A program made the translations under genes and the position numbers. From Sphaerodactylus townsendi (Eukaryota), in NCBI RefSeq assembly GCF_021028975.2, contig NC_059439.1, positions 22,568,001-22,632,000 on the forward strand: 64,000 nucleotides of DNA, read 5' to 3'. The notes beneath the pieces were generated by a model. That model was not told the origin of the DNA and did not search any database. It was given only the letters and a program-made list of their open reading frames with translations. The stretch's first letter is position 1, and the number at the start of each line of letters is the position of its first letter. This document shows positions 12,645 to 24,875 of this stretch, one piece after another.

Positions 12645-12812
12645 GACATTGGTAGTGGTGGACTTTCAGTAGCATTTTCTCCTGGTATTTCACCTGCATC
12701 TGTGGCTGGCATCTTCACCTCTGAAGAGGCCAGCCACAAATGCAGTTGGAACATCAGGAGAAAATGCTACTGGAATCTGGTCATACAACCTGGAAACCCC
12801 ACAACACCCCAG
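12645..12812. mobile_element. Penelope-derived palindrome with two decayed hammerhead-like cores
   Basis: Inverted arms 12667-12717 and 12722-12772; core ctgaagaggccagccacaaatgcagttggaacatcagg. Confidence 0.7.
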
Positions 12813-12878
12813 TGACTAAAGGAATTTTCCATTTTTCCAGAACTTATGATCACTGACTTTTTATTCCAAAATTTATTT

Positions 12879-13880
12879 TCAGTGAAGTCTAGAGACAAAG
12901 GATTTTTCCCCAATAAAGATTCTGCTTTTCGAAGACACCATTTTGACTTTGAGTTTCCTAATAGCATTTTTCATTTCTGTATTTCTTAGAGTGAAGATCA
13001 TTGGGTTCAGCATTGGGGTGATGAGAGTATACATTGCAGAAACAAACTTGTCTCCTGGAAATACCGTGAAAGGCCGGTTATACATAAATATTGCAGGGAC
13101 AAAATTTAAGCTCAGTACCACCATATGTGCTGTACAAGTAGAAAGAGCCTTGTGTTTTCCCTCTGTGACATGAGTTCGAATTTTCACCAAAATGACAGAA
13201 TATGACACAAGTAAGACCAAGAACATAGCTGTAACAATTAATCCACTATTAGAAACCATCAGCAGTTCAGTGATGTACGTGTCAGTACAAGCCAGCTTGA
13301 CAACTTGAGGGATGTCACAGTAGAAATTGTCCAGTATGTTGGGTCCACAGAAGGGCAGCTGAATGATGATCCCAATCTGGACAATGGAGTGAACAAAGCC
13401 ACCCAACCAAGAACTTGCTACCAAACTAATACAAACCGTTTGATTCATAATCATTACATACTTCAGTGGCTTGTAGATAGCTATGTACCGATCCACAGCC
13501 ATGACGGTGAGCAAGAAATCCACAGAAGCACCAGTAAAGTGGAAAAAGAAAATCTGAGCAATGCACCAGTTGTAAGAAATGGTATTGGAATGGGATAGCA
13601 GGCCTGCCAGCAGCTTCAGAGAAGTGACCGTAGAATCACTGATATCTAAAGCAGCAAGATTGGCCAATAGGAAATACATTGGTGTATGGAGCTGAGGCAT
13701 GAATATCACAGTGAAAATAATGGTGAGGTTTCCAAGCCACGTTGTTACATAGATAGTGAGAAAAATCAGGAAGAGGATGAAATTCCACCTTGGATTCTGT
13801 GAAAGACCTATTGTCTGCACCCTTGGACTCACAGAGAAGCCCAAGAGAACAAATTCGGTTACTGTTGTATTTGTCACCAT
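12879..13880 (-). CDS. Olfactory receptor, family 4-like, intact chimeric gene (333 aa)
   Basis: LHTPMYFLLANL, MAVDRYIAIYKPLKY, LDNFYCDIPQVVKLAC, KALSTCTAH, PMLNPMIFTLRN. About 10 extra residues before TM1 (GLSQNPRWNF). Confidence 0.93.
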   Translation of the reverse strand: MVTNTTVTEFVLLGFSVSPRVQTIGLSQNPRWNFILFLIFLTIYVTTWLGNLTIIFTVIFMPQLHTPMYFLLANLAALDISDSTVTSLKLLAGLLSHSNTISYNWCIAQIFFFHFTGASVDFLLTVMAVDRYIAIYKPLKYVMIMNQTVCISLVASSWLGGFVHSIVQIGIIIQLPFCGPNILDNFYCDIPQVVKLACTDTYITELLMVSNSGLIVTAMFLVLLVSYSVILVKIRTHVTEGKHKALSTCTAHMVVLSLNFVPAIFMYNRPFTVFPGDKFVSAMYTLITPMLNPMIFTLRNTEMKNAIRKLKVKMVSSKSRIFIGEKSFVSRLH

Positions 13881-15371
13881 TTTCGGGGGAAAATATTTGA
13901 AAGGGAGGATTTTGTTTGTGTGTATTATTCCGTTTGATTCACTGTTTTAGAATATCCATTATTTCAATATTTTATTTTGTGAGAGAATTGAATTTCTACT
14001 CATTGCATCAGCTGAGCATATTCTCCATTAATCTCAAAGGTAACTTGTCAAAGGTATTCACAAACAAGAGAATTCATCTTATTTGTAGCCACAAGTTGCA
14101 CCTGAAAGAAATTTAATCATAAAATAAAATTAGTTGATTCAAAAGCATAAATAATGCTGTGATTCTGTGGAGAGGCTATTGGTCAATGGATTAAAAACCT
14201 ATTATTCTACCCATATCATATGGCTTTTTTCTTTCTTGTTTGGAAGATTCATTAATTAACAGATTAACCAGAGATCATCTTGGTTTGTTGAACAAAATCA
14301 TACACTCCCTAATGAACAGGTACATCCTTTTAAAGTGGGGTCAAGGTAGTCACTGCAGTTGGAGCATAGAATCTGGAAGAATCTGGAAGAATCACCCTCT
14401 TCCTATTTTGTGAACGGAACTGGCTTCCATGATCAGAGAAGAAATAAATTATTCAAGCCATATTAGAAACATCAATAAATTGTATCCCAAGTATCTGTAG
14501 CTTTGTAATTTTCACACGGATCAAATGATCTCACAGGTTCCTGTGTCTACCACCATCATTGACAAAGATAGCGTGATTTAATACTTGTTATCATCTTACC
14601 TGTTGAGTACTACAATCCTATATTATGAGTGTTGTGGGTGTATTGTCTTCTTCATTTCTATTTGATTTCATTTCTTGGAGATGTGAACTTTTTCATTCCA
14701 CCATGTGCACTGGTCGTGTTTTTCTTTTATACCTTATGGATTATTTCTGTGTCATTCGCCATTTATATAGTATAAACAGAATCATTTAATTGGGAAAACA
14801 TAAAGACAGTTGAATAGAAAAGAGTGCAGATTTGAACATTGTCATGTTTGATCAATACAAGGAAGAAACACTCTGAAGTAAGTTTTAAATAAAATTGTGG
14901 TCTTCAGTATTTCCAAGAACAGCAATAAAAACCTAGCAGAATTGTTAATATCTACCAGAATTCTGATCTCATTGAATTCTTTCACTTTACAGCTTCTAAT
15001 ATTCTGCAATTGTCCAGTATATTATATGTTCAACATTCTACAAAACTTTAAGCTTCCAAACACAGGTAGCTCAAAACAGAACATGTTTGATAGTACAAGA
15101 GGTAACAATGCATGGTTGTCAAGAACCAAACCCTTGCCTGAGCGAAGACACAGTGGGCTTACAAACTTCTGTTGATGAAACTCATTGTCACCTTTTAAGA
15201 ATTTAGAAATAATTCTAACTGTAATTTTCCAGTACGTGAGAATATTTTTCCAATGAAAGATATTCAAAACATCTTCTACATAAGAATAATACTTGAGCTT
15301 GTGCAACTAACAATATAACATTATATTTTTAACAATTTGGAAAGTTCAACATCCCCAAACAACATCTAGGG

Positions 15372-15895
15372 CAGTGGTGGCAAACCTATGGCACAGGTGC
15401 CAGAGGTGGCACTCAGAGCCCTCTCTGTGGGCACACTCAAATAGAGTGCCCCTGCATACATCTAGGCTGGCCTGGGCTGCTGGGCTCGATTATTATCATT
15501 AAACCTAAGACCTAGTTTTGGGAAAGCAGTGTAGGTAACACTGTTAAGTACTGTTAAACCCCACTGATTAAACCCCACTGATTTTCATGTGAAGAAGTAA
15601 AGCATGATCCTTTACCTGGGAGTAAGCTTGGTTGCTGGCAATTGGGCTTGCTTCTGAGTAAACCCTCCTAGGGTCGTGATTCACCTGTTGGAAAAGTTGC
15701 AAAGTTGCTTCAAAGCAAAGTCACCGACTACCACCAAGCTTACTCCCAAGTAATGCACGCTTCAGAGCCAACAATTTTTTTCTAAACTAAAACCTAAATA
15801 GTCAGGTTAAATTGCCGTGTTGGCACTTTGCGATAAATAAGAGGGTTTTGGGTTGCAATTTCGGCACTCGGTCTCGAAAAGGTTTGCCATCACTG
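15372..15895. mobile_element. hAT non-autonomous DNA transposon
   Basis: TIRs CAGTGGTGGCAAACC / GGTTTGCCATCACTG; 8-bp TSD atctaggg/atctgggg. The paralogous site near 30710 has a single atctaggg. Confidence 0.88.
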
Positions 15896-16364
15896 ATCTG
15901 GGGGTGGTGGGGGAGAATGGATTCAAATGATGATTGTTTTTGTTTCAGAGACGGATTTAAGGCTCTATAAGTGCTTCTTTCTTTATGAAGATTTGAATAT
16001 GAATTAGGCACACAATAGAGCAGTTCCTGGATACTAACCTAAGCCCTTGTTTCCTACTGGAGAAACTGAATGATTCATAGTAATAATTGCCTTGCTTTAG
16101 GTATTGCCTTGCACAGGTGTTGCCACTGCAATAATCAAGCAATCCACAGTCATTTCTCATGTCATACCTGGAATTGCCATGTCCACATATTCAGGGAGGT
16201 AAAAAAATACATCTTCAACCCCCAAGGAAAATCCACAGACATGTAAGAACAGCATGTCAAGGTTTGAATTGGTACAGCTGTGTTCCTTGTTGTCACACAA
16301 GAACTCTGCCTTACTCTCACACAGTGGAAGATAATCAAGATATTTCAATGATATGGGGATGAGA

Positions 16365-16389
16365 CCACAAGGGATATCATTAAAAAGTA
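16365..16389 (-). promoter_or_regulatory. Putative homeodomain (Lhx2) + O/E (Ebf) composite site upstream of the chimeric OR4
   Basis: Minus strand TACTTTTTAATGA-TA-TCCCTTGTGG; 12/13 match to the AACTTTTTAATGA motif of mouse OR H/P elements. Confidence 0.55.
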
Positions 16390-16439
16390 TATGCATAATA
16401 GAAGTCTTGTTTTTATTCTGATATGCTGTTTGTGTATCC

Positions 16440-16840
16440 TTAAAGGTCAAGATAGTCCCCTGAGCAATCAGCAGATCATTACTGACCCGTGGAGTGACAT
16501 CACATCACAACATTTACTAGGTAGCTCTAATCAGTTAGCTCTAGACTATTTGTATCCCATGTTTCTGTAGCTTTGTAATTTTCACGCATTTTTCATTGTG
16601 TAATGATAGTCCCTCGGCTTGTTTGATTCAAGGGGCAATTGGGGTAAGGCCATGGCCCAGAGGCAGAGCATCTGCTTTCCATGTAGAACGTCCCTGGTTC
16701 AATGCCCAGCATCTCCAGGATCAGATATGAGATGATGTGGAGGACCTCCATCTGAGGGTCCAGGGAAACACTGCCAGTCAAAGAAAAGAGTAATGACCTG
16801 GATAGACCAATGGTCTTGCATAATAAAGGGCAGTTTCACA
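16440..16840. mobile_element. Sauria SINE 3' fragment (antisense) and a tRNA-derived SINE with CR1-type tail (sense); both also in the paralog at 31250-31610
   Basis: aaaggtcaagatagtcccctg tail; A/B-box-like ggcccagaggcagagc...ggttcaatgccc. Confidence 0.6.
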
Positions 16841-17802
16841 TATTCAGTTATGGCTCTACCTAAGGATCTGCACCCTGTCAACAAATCATTTGCCCATTTC
16901 GGTACCACAAGATCCTGTAGCCAAATCATTTGCATATCTCCAGATCTGATGTACTCACTGATCAAATGTAAAATGTGCTGATTCAGCACCCCATACTCAA
17001 TGTCAATGAGCCCCTCTCACAAGCTGATTTGTTTATTGTCTTATCACAAGTTTATTTGTTCATTGACTTTATCCATAGTCCATCCTTTTTCAAAAAGACT
17101 CAGAACAGGTTTCCCACGGGAATGAGAAACAGAGATTATTTTAGCAAGAAGCAATATAAGTGTTTCACCATTTCAGTTCTAAGCAGGCTCAGAAGAAGTC
17201 AGCTTTGGGAAAACATATGTATTATAAAAAGGACTAATTTAATTCTTAGAAATGCATAACAATGAATGAAAGCATGAATGAATTGATGTGATCAGCCAGA
17301 CAAGAGCAGAGAAGGCACACTCACTGGACAGATGTCTGGGATGTCATAGGCACTGCATGTAGGCCCTCAAAGCTTCACAAATAATTTGGCCTGAGAAACA
17401 ATACTATGATAACCTCCTGGGTCTCTGATCACACTTGTACAGGCAAAGGAGCTATCATTATATTTAGTTAATTAATTAATTATTTTCCTCCCTCTCACAA
17501 AGTAGAAAATCACAATAAGAATTGCTTATAGATTCTCAAGCACTGCCAGTGATTTTATCAACAAATGATATTTTAGCACAGACTGTAGGCTTAGTGCCCA
17601 CAAATTACTTCAGTAGCCACCTCTTGTGCTTAGAAAGTGACTTTGCTTTCATCTTTGGGGGGGGGGTCTCTGAGATTGGGAGCCAGGTGTGATTGTGCAT
17701 AATGCAGGTGTACCTTTGGGAACCCAGTCATTCAGACTGTTACCTGAATTGGTGAGGACTGTTCCCTTTCAGTAGGGAAATTAGCAGGAATGGACCTACC
17801 AT

Positions 17803-18769
17803 TGTGAGGGGCCAGGTGATCTACACCAGTTTAAAATGGGGGGGGGGTCCTTCAAAAATCCACAGGAAACCAGAATTTAAGAGTTGTTTGACAATTTTAT
17901 TAAAGAACAAAAACCATAAAAGGTTCATACACAGTTTGGAAACACACACACACACACAAAGTTTCAAGGGGCCTAGCATTTAGACAGATGGGAAAATAAA
18001 GGTTTTGAATAGAGAAGTTATTGTGAGGAGGTCAATATTTACCAGTTCTACAAGAAGAAGGTCTGAGGAAGCAGAGTCCAGCACCTACATTGGATGCAGA
18101 GATAGGGGCAATGTTGGATGCAATGGAACCAAACTAAACAAAGTTCAGGGACCAATGGTGGAGGGGCCCACATTTGAGAGGGCTAGATACAGTATAGGAA
18201 AATTTGATCTTCTGGCAATGCTTAAAGGGAGGCAATCTTCTTGGACAAAGCAAGATTGCTACTGTGGAAAATAGTTTGAATTAGTCAGAGCTGGGGAGAG
18301 TCTAGCTTTTCATTACATTTTAGGAAGAATACATCTCTGGGCATTCCAATTCAAAGTACGGTTTGACAGCTGTCTGATAGAAGGGCAGGAAAAGTTATGA
18401 TTGAACCAGCTAGGGAACGCTACTTGTGTTGAAACTGAGTAGCACTTGCATACTGTTTGTAAGGATGAGGACAGGTACGGCTTTTCCAAGATTGTGACTT
18501 TTGTTATCCAGATAGAAACTGCTAAGGCTTCAGGAAAGGTGTTTGCTGCTATGAATACTTGATAAGGGAATGGGGTTGAGAGAATTGCGGCAAGCAGAGC
18601 CTCCCCTATTAGTGTCAAAGTCCAAAATGTAGTTTTGGCATCCATCTTAATCTGAACTGTCTTTGACACAAAGAGAGATGATTGGTAGGGGCTTGGCATG
18701 GGCTTCATGCCAACAAGGGGTTGGGGTATAATTAATTACATTTTTTTGGTTGAATCTACTTCCTTGTCA
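17803..18769 (-). mobile_element. LTR-like segment (tentative)
   Basis: TG...CA boundaries, partial resemblance to 24876-25975, TGG immediately after the 3' end on the minus strand; no TSD found. Confidence 0.3.
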
Positions 18770-20175
18770 GTATCTTCATTTCTCAGGATGAGGATGGCAA
18801 AGCTCTAACAATAGATGAATCCAGATAACCCAACAATCAAGTGGCAGAAAAGAGGACAATGAACAGAGAAATTTAAAACAAATCCACATAGCTCTACACC
18901 AGCATTGTATAATTGCACTTACCATGCTAGCATCAGCCCTCATAATTATATGACCAAGGTTGTAATTTGCATCATGGAAAAAGTGTCACTATTAGTTGAA
19001 GTAAGTCAACCTAGCTTTAAAGAAATTGTAATTCCTTATGACACCACAAAAGCCATTTTCACAATGTTTCACGATACGTTTTTGTTTGCATTTTCCCTTC
19101 CCTTCCAACAAGGTTGTCAGGGGGTGAAAGGGTGCACAAAACTGTTAAATGTTGGTTTCAGTTTTCAAGAATTTTGAATGAAAGCTTAGACTAGACTTGT
19201 GCATGAGGACTTGGTTTATTTACTTTTGGGGGGCCCCCTTTTTTATTAGTTCCAAAAAGGACTGTTTTGTTATTGTTTTGTTTTGTTATTGTCCCTTTTC
19301 TTATTGGTTTTTTCATATTCATAATTCTATTTTGTTATTATTTTCCACTCCTTCCATGGAAATCCTCTCCCCACCCTCTACCCTCCTTCCTCAAGTCTGT
19401 GCCTTCAAGGTTTTCCATCCAAACTGGACTAAACTCAGAGGAACAGTACTTTGCTCCTAGGACAGCTGTGTTGCTAAATTTCAGACTCATGGATTACCTA
19501 AGGAAAGGCATGTTTAATATTAAAGCCTGTGGCAGAATTGATAGGAAAGATTTCAACCAGTAATGTAGACAGCTCTGCAGTCACTTAGATTGAAGAACAG
19601 AGACACAAGAAATAGGCAGATTGATAAAGTAAGGACATTTGGAGTTAGAAGGAAGGTAACACATCTGGTCAGGCAGGTAGCAGGAAGTGATTCCTGAGGA
19701 AGATTTGCTTAGATTTGGGGGGGGGGGTTAGCAAGCAACAAAGAAGCGAAGGAGTACTGACTGCAAGGAAAAAAAATTGGCATTGCAAGGTACGGGCATT
19801 CGAAACAGACATGAATGCTAAGTAAGCTGCTCTTAATATCCTTCAGGACTGGAATGAATAGCTTGTATGGATATGTAATTCTAGTGACTATAGCTTGCAG
19901 TCAGTCAGGAAAGCCAAGAGCCTCTCTCTCCCACCTCCACCTAAGTAACACTGTACACTCTCTATGATCTTATTAAAAAACACACTGGCTACCTTGTAAA
20001 AGTAATACGCAATCAAAGCGAAGACTGGAATAATGAAAGAAATCCCAACAAAATAAAAGAAAATCATGGTTGGTTGTTTTTTCTCTCCCCTCCCCCCTTT
20101 ACAGGTGGTTCAAATGGGGAATTTGTATGGTTTGTATATTAATTGCAAGCATTAAGAAACACTCAATTTTCGTAA

Positions 20176-21507
20176 TTATTTTTTTCCAGTCCTTCTGTAA
20201 TGAAATTGCTTTTCCCTGAAGAAAACAATTGAAGATTGGACTTCGACTTTGAGTTTCCTAATAGCATTTTTCATTTCTGTATTTCTTAGAGTGAAGATCA
20301 TTGGGTTCAACAGAGGGGTGATGAGAGTATACATTACAGCAACAAACTTGTCTCCTGGAAATACTTTGAAGGGACGGTTATACATGAATATTGCAGGTCC
20401 AAAATTTAAGCTAAGTACCATAATCTGTGTTGTACATGTAGTAAGGGCTTTGTTCTTTCCTTCTGCAACATGGGTCCTAATCTTGATCAATATAACGGAG
20501 TATGACACAAGTAAAGCAGGGAAGATTATTATGAGGAGTACTCCACTATTAGAAACCATCAGTAGTTCGATAACGTATGTGTCAGTACAAGCCAATTTGA
20601 GGACTTGTGGAACATCACAGAAGAAGTTGTCCAATACATTTGGTCCACAGAAGGGCAGCTGAGCAAGGATGCCAATCTGGACAATGGAGTGAACAAAACC
20701 GCCCAACAACATTCCTGATACCAAACCTATGCAAACGTGGTGATTCATGATAAGAGGATACTCCAATGGTCTGATAATTGCTATGTATCTGTCAACAGCC
20801 ATCAAAACTAATAAACCATCTGATGCACCTGCAGTGAAATGGAAAAAGAAAATTTGAGTGATACAACATTCATAGGAGATGGTATTGTGGTTTGATAGAA
20901 GGCCTTCCAGCATTCTGAGAGCAGTCACTGTAGAATCACTGATGTCTGTGGCTGCAAGACTATTTATTTTATTTATTTATTTTATTTATTTTTTAAGCTT
21001 ATATACCGCCCCATCCCCAAGGGGCTCTGGGCGGTGTACAACATTAAAAGACAATATAAGCAATTAAAACATGTAAAAGCAGCGAAAACCATAAGATATT
21101 TCCAATAATATAATAAGCTACAGTAAAATAGATGGCGTTGTAATCTGCTATTATAATTCTGTCCCTTCCCTAAAGGGGGAAACAGCATCCCACATTCCGA
21201 TCTAAAAATCCCTCCCCCTTCCAAAAGGGAGGAGTGGCGAGTCTGAGATGACAGCTGGCCCTGGTATCAGAGCCGGGGGCAAAGGGCACCATTAACGGCT
21301 GGTTCCTCCAAAGGCCAGTAGGAAGTACATAGATGTGTGGAGTTGATGCACAAAAATCACAGTGAAGATAATTGTGAGGTTCCCAAGCCATGTTGTTACA
21401 TAGACAGAAAGAAAAATCAGGAAAAGAATGAAATTCCATTTTGGGTTCTGTGTGAGACCTAGCAGAACAAAGTCTGAGACTTTTGTAGTCTGGTTGTCCT
21501 GAGACAT
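20176..21507 (-). pseudogene. Olfactory receptor, family 4-like, disrupted by a 351-bp L2 insertion
   Basis: The 5' part MSQDNQTT...MYFLLA (21507-21313) and the 3' part SLAATDISDST...PLLNPMIFTLRN (20961-20176) rejoin into a 326-aa open frame. Confidence 0.92.
20962..21312 (-). mobile_element. 5'-truncated L2 3' end inserted in OR coding sequence
   Basis: (AAAT)n tail and stem-loop ccgccc...gggcggt; 5' end tttggaggaaccagccg resembles the L2 at ~6865. Confidence 0.8.
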
Positions 21508-21609
21508 CTTTGTCACTCACAATTTACCTGGGAAAGAAAACAAGAAGACAATGATCATGTGAAAGGAATTTCTATCTGGACTTTATTCACTCATACATTA
21601 TTTCATTGA

Positions 21610-21927
21610 CTAAAAAGGCTAAAAGATTGTGCCCATGTAACGATGGCTCAGTTGAATCTCTGGCCCACCAATTACTTTACTGTCTCAGATTCAAGGAAAT
21701 CAGATCCAAGTTTACATTTACCCGATCTCCCCGATTTAATTAGTTTACACTACTTGTTGGACAACTCTGATCCTTCTCTCTGTATGATAGTGGCAGACTT
21801 TCTCCTGGAAATTACTAAATGCCAGTAGATTTACTTCGTCCTAACAGGTTTATCCTGTATTGTATATGCTTTTTAATCTGTTTTTATTATTGTTGTACTG
21901 CTGTCTATGCCAATAAAGGCTTGCTTC
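21610..21927 (+). mobile_element. RTE-X-like LINE 3' fragment
   Basis: RLCPCNDGSVESLAHQLLYC knuckle, atgccaataaaggcttgctt tail, imperfect TSD ttatttcattga/ttatttccttga. Confidence 0.7.
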
Positions 21928-22863
21928 TTATTTCCTTGAGCTTTGTAATGACAGGCTTTAATCACTTCTGGATATTGAAATCATGACTTAATACCATTGC
22001 TGATACATTTGTGTTAAGGCAAATTACAAATTTATTTTTTTCTCTTTTTTCCCACAGACCCGCACACACAAACTACCCAGAGATTGCTCTCCCAACAACA
22101 AATTACACTGTTTTATAAGTTAGTATATAAATTGGAGCATATTAGTTTTCCTCAAGATTGCAATTGCAATAACTAAACCAAATTCATATCACACTATAAT
22201 AATTTGGCCCCATGCATTTGTTCATTATATCTTTCATAACACTTTTATTCCAGTTCTCAGTTTGGCACATTGTGTCATGTCAACATTCTGATGAATAAGA
22301 TGCTCTACGGCTATTTTGGGACTTTCAGACGTTTACAGTTCCAGTTCTTACTGGAGTAATCTCAATTGAACCATTTCTTTTGAAATGCTCATGTTTATTG
22401 TGCTTTGAATGCTCATGGCGAAAAATGTGACTAAGGATCTTACCGTGCTGTAACTTTACCTTTATTTTTATTTCCATCCCAATAAAATGAGGCACCATAC
22501 CAAGCAAGAAACGTCTGGAAGCCTGGTTTGCATTATCACCAAAGGATTCTCCAACAATTATTGGTTCTTCATTTTCTACTGAGACACACGTCATTCTTGC
22601 AGTGGTGTAATTTAGAAAGACGTTTCAACTTTCTCTCTCATGGTTCTCTGAGACAGAGTAAGATGGGGTTAGTTGTTTCAGAACCAGAATCATGACTTGC
22701 TGAATGTGCCTGATGAAACCTTGGTAATAATAATAGCAAAAATCCGCACAACAACCTTTATCTGTAAACCTTTTCAATTGCTACAATACAGCTTTATTAG
22801 AATAAGAAGAATGCTGTCTCTTATGTAACTTACTATCTGTGGGAATGAAAATGGGGAATCAAA

Positions 22864-22886
22864 TCACAAGGGAGCCTATTAAAAAT
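22864..22886 (-). promoter_or_regulatory. Putative homeodomain + O/E composite site upstream of the L2-disrupted OR4
   Basis: Minus strand ATTTTTAATAG-GC-TCCCTTGTGA, same spacing as the sites at 16365 and 31174. Confidence 0.5.
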
Positions 22887-23159
22887 ACATCCTAGATTTA
22901 GAAATCAAAACTACTGTGAAAATTCATTCCGAATTTACTGATGAGTGCTATTTTTTTAACGTACATTTTGAGCACACATTAAATATACCAAAAGAATTAA
23001 GTCAATGTCTGAATGACGAAGAGATGTAAGATGACAACAGTACCTGGAAATGTGAGGCATCAACTTGAAAATATTAGTTGGCTTTACTGAAATTCACATT
23101 CCTTCCCCCAAACTTTTCAGGAATATCTAAATATCTCATTTTTATTTTAGGCAGAAATT

Positions 23160-23380
23160 GTAGTATGGTGTATTCATTGGAGTGTCAAACTGTAGATCTT
23201 GCAAACCGAGTTTTGAACACCCTTTGTAACATGATCCCTTGCTAGGTGACCTTGGGCTAGTCACACACACTCAGCCTAACCTTCCTCACAGTGTTGTTGT
23301 GAAAATAAAATGGAGGAAAATGATGTAATCAGCTTTGCTTTCCCACTAGGAGAAAGGTGGGGGTATCAATAAATAAATAA
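23160..23380 (+). mobile_element. Older Squam3-family SINE
   Basis: ggtgaccttgggctagtcac...ctcagcctaaccttcctcacagtgttgttgtg core with (aaat)n tail. Confidence 0.6.
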
Positions 23381-23622
23381 AATAATGCATAAACCTTTTT
23401 GCTTTGCAGAGTTTTTCTCCCTTCTTAACAAAATATAGATAAGGATCAAACTAGTATATCTAGGGCTATTACATTCTTTGTTCTGACCACATATCCCCGG
23501 TCTGTTTTGTAGTGATTGAATCTCTCAAGCCTTAATCCAACCCTCTGACCAATACATTCAGAAGAGGGCAACCAAGATGATTAGTGGCTTGGAGACCTTT
23601 TCCTGTGAAGAAAGACTAATGC

Positions 23623-23748
23623 AGCAGTGTGAAACTCTGGCCATCCAGATGTTCATGAATTATATTTCCCATCAGCCCCTGTCAGCATTATGCTGATTGG
23701 AATTGTAGTCCATTAACATCTGGAGGGCCAGAGTTTCACACCCTCTGG
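23623..23748. mobile_element. hAT-type palindromic MITE inserted in a CR1 fragment
   Basis: gtgtgaaactctggccatccagatgtt ... aacatctggagggccagagtttcacac inverted arms; preceded by CR1-like cagaagagggcaaccaagatgatt. Confidence 0.6.
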
Positions 23749-24399
23749 ATGAAAAAGTTGAAAAAAGACAACTGGGGGGGGGGGGAAATAAAGCTTCCTG
23801 AGTCAGAGTCCTCCTCCCATAATACTTTATTTTCTTCCAATTCCACCAGGTTCAGCTAGCATTGCCAACCTCCAGGTAGGAGCTGGAATTTTTCCAGAAT
23901 CAAAAGTGATCTCCAGATTACAGAGATCAGTTCTCCTGGAGAAAATGGCAGTTTTGAAGGTCGATCCTATGGCATCATATTTCCATTGAGTTCAGTCCCC
24001 CCCTCCCCAATTCTCTTTTGAGGCACTACCACTAAATCTCCAGGAAGCTCCCAAAGCAGAGTTCATAACCTAACCTGTAATCAGTACCATGGGAGTATAT
24101 TAGTCTTGCTTTTAATGGTGTACAATGCCTTTTACAGACTTTGGGTGCTTAGTGACTCACAAGGAGGCCTGTCCACCAAATAGTGCATGCCTCATTGATT
24201 GTATTATCCTGCCCAATCTCAAGTTTGCTCTCTGGAATGTACTGGCAACTCCTTGGGAAATTCCTGGAGATTTTGTGGCAGAGCTTGGGAAAAGCAGAGT
24301 TTGGGGAACAGTGGGAACTCAGCAGGATGTGATACCATCCATAACATCCACACTCCAAAGATTCCATATTCCCAAGGGGAAGCAATCTCATTTATCTGG

Positions 24400-24472
24400 A
24401 CATCAGTAATAATTATGGGAGAATAACATCAGTAATAATTATGGGAGAATAACATCAGTAATAATTATGGGT
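24400..24472. repeat. 26-bp tandem repeat, ~2.8 copies
   Basis: acatcagtaataattatgggagaata repeated. Confidence 0.85.
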
Positions 24473-24875
24473 TCCACCTGATGGCTGGAAACTCTATCGT
24501 CTCTTTTGGAGCCTCTTAGATGCAGTCACGGGTAGTTGCACCCTTATTTCAATGTGCAGCCCTTAAGTAGCAATGCCTCCTGTATTCCTGTGGGAACAGA
24601 CTTCAAATGTCCATTTCACCTAACCAGAAATGTTTCTACCCTCACCCCAGTGGGAATACTCCGTCTCTTCAAACTGCAGAAACTTCATCCTGCTAGTACT
24701 ATGGACCTTCAGACTACAACTATCAGTTCTCCTGGGGAAGAATTCCTGGTTGCGGGTGTTGGCACCAGGACTCCCACAAATAGCCACTTTCCACAAACTG
24801 TCATATCAAGAGTGTGTTACTGGCCTAACAGGGGTAAGGGCTTTATTAAAGGGAATCTCCACCAGCTGCTAAAAG

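Larger units (their letters stand above)
13811..16985. repeat. Segmental duplication, copy 1 (paralogous to ~27210-31711)
   Basis: Colinear matches at 13811/27210, 14598/29519, 14821/29721, 15920/30727, 16440/31250 and 16940/31666. Confidence 0.9.

Noticed and set aside
20176-20928. 250-aa ORF as a standalone truncated receptor
   Set aside because: It is the 3' part of the L2-disrupted OR, starts at GTG and lacks the N-terminus and TM1.
20962-21312. Insertion as a new intron that restores the frame
   Set aside because: No GT at its 5' end, no polypyrimidine tract, and multiple AATAAA signals in sense.
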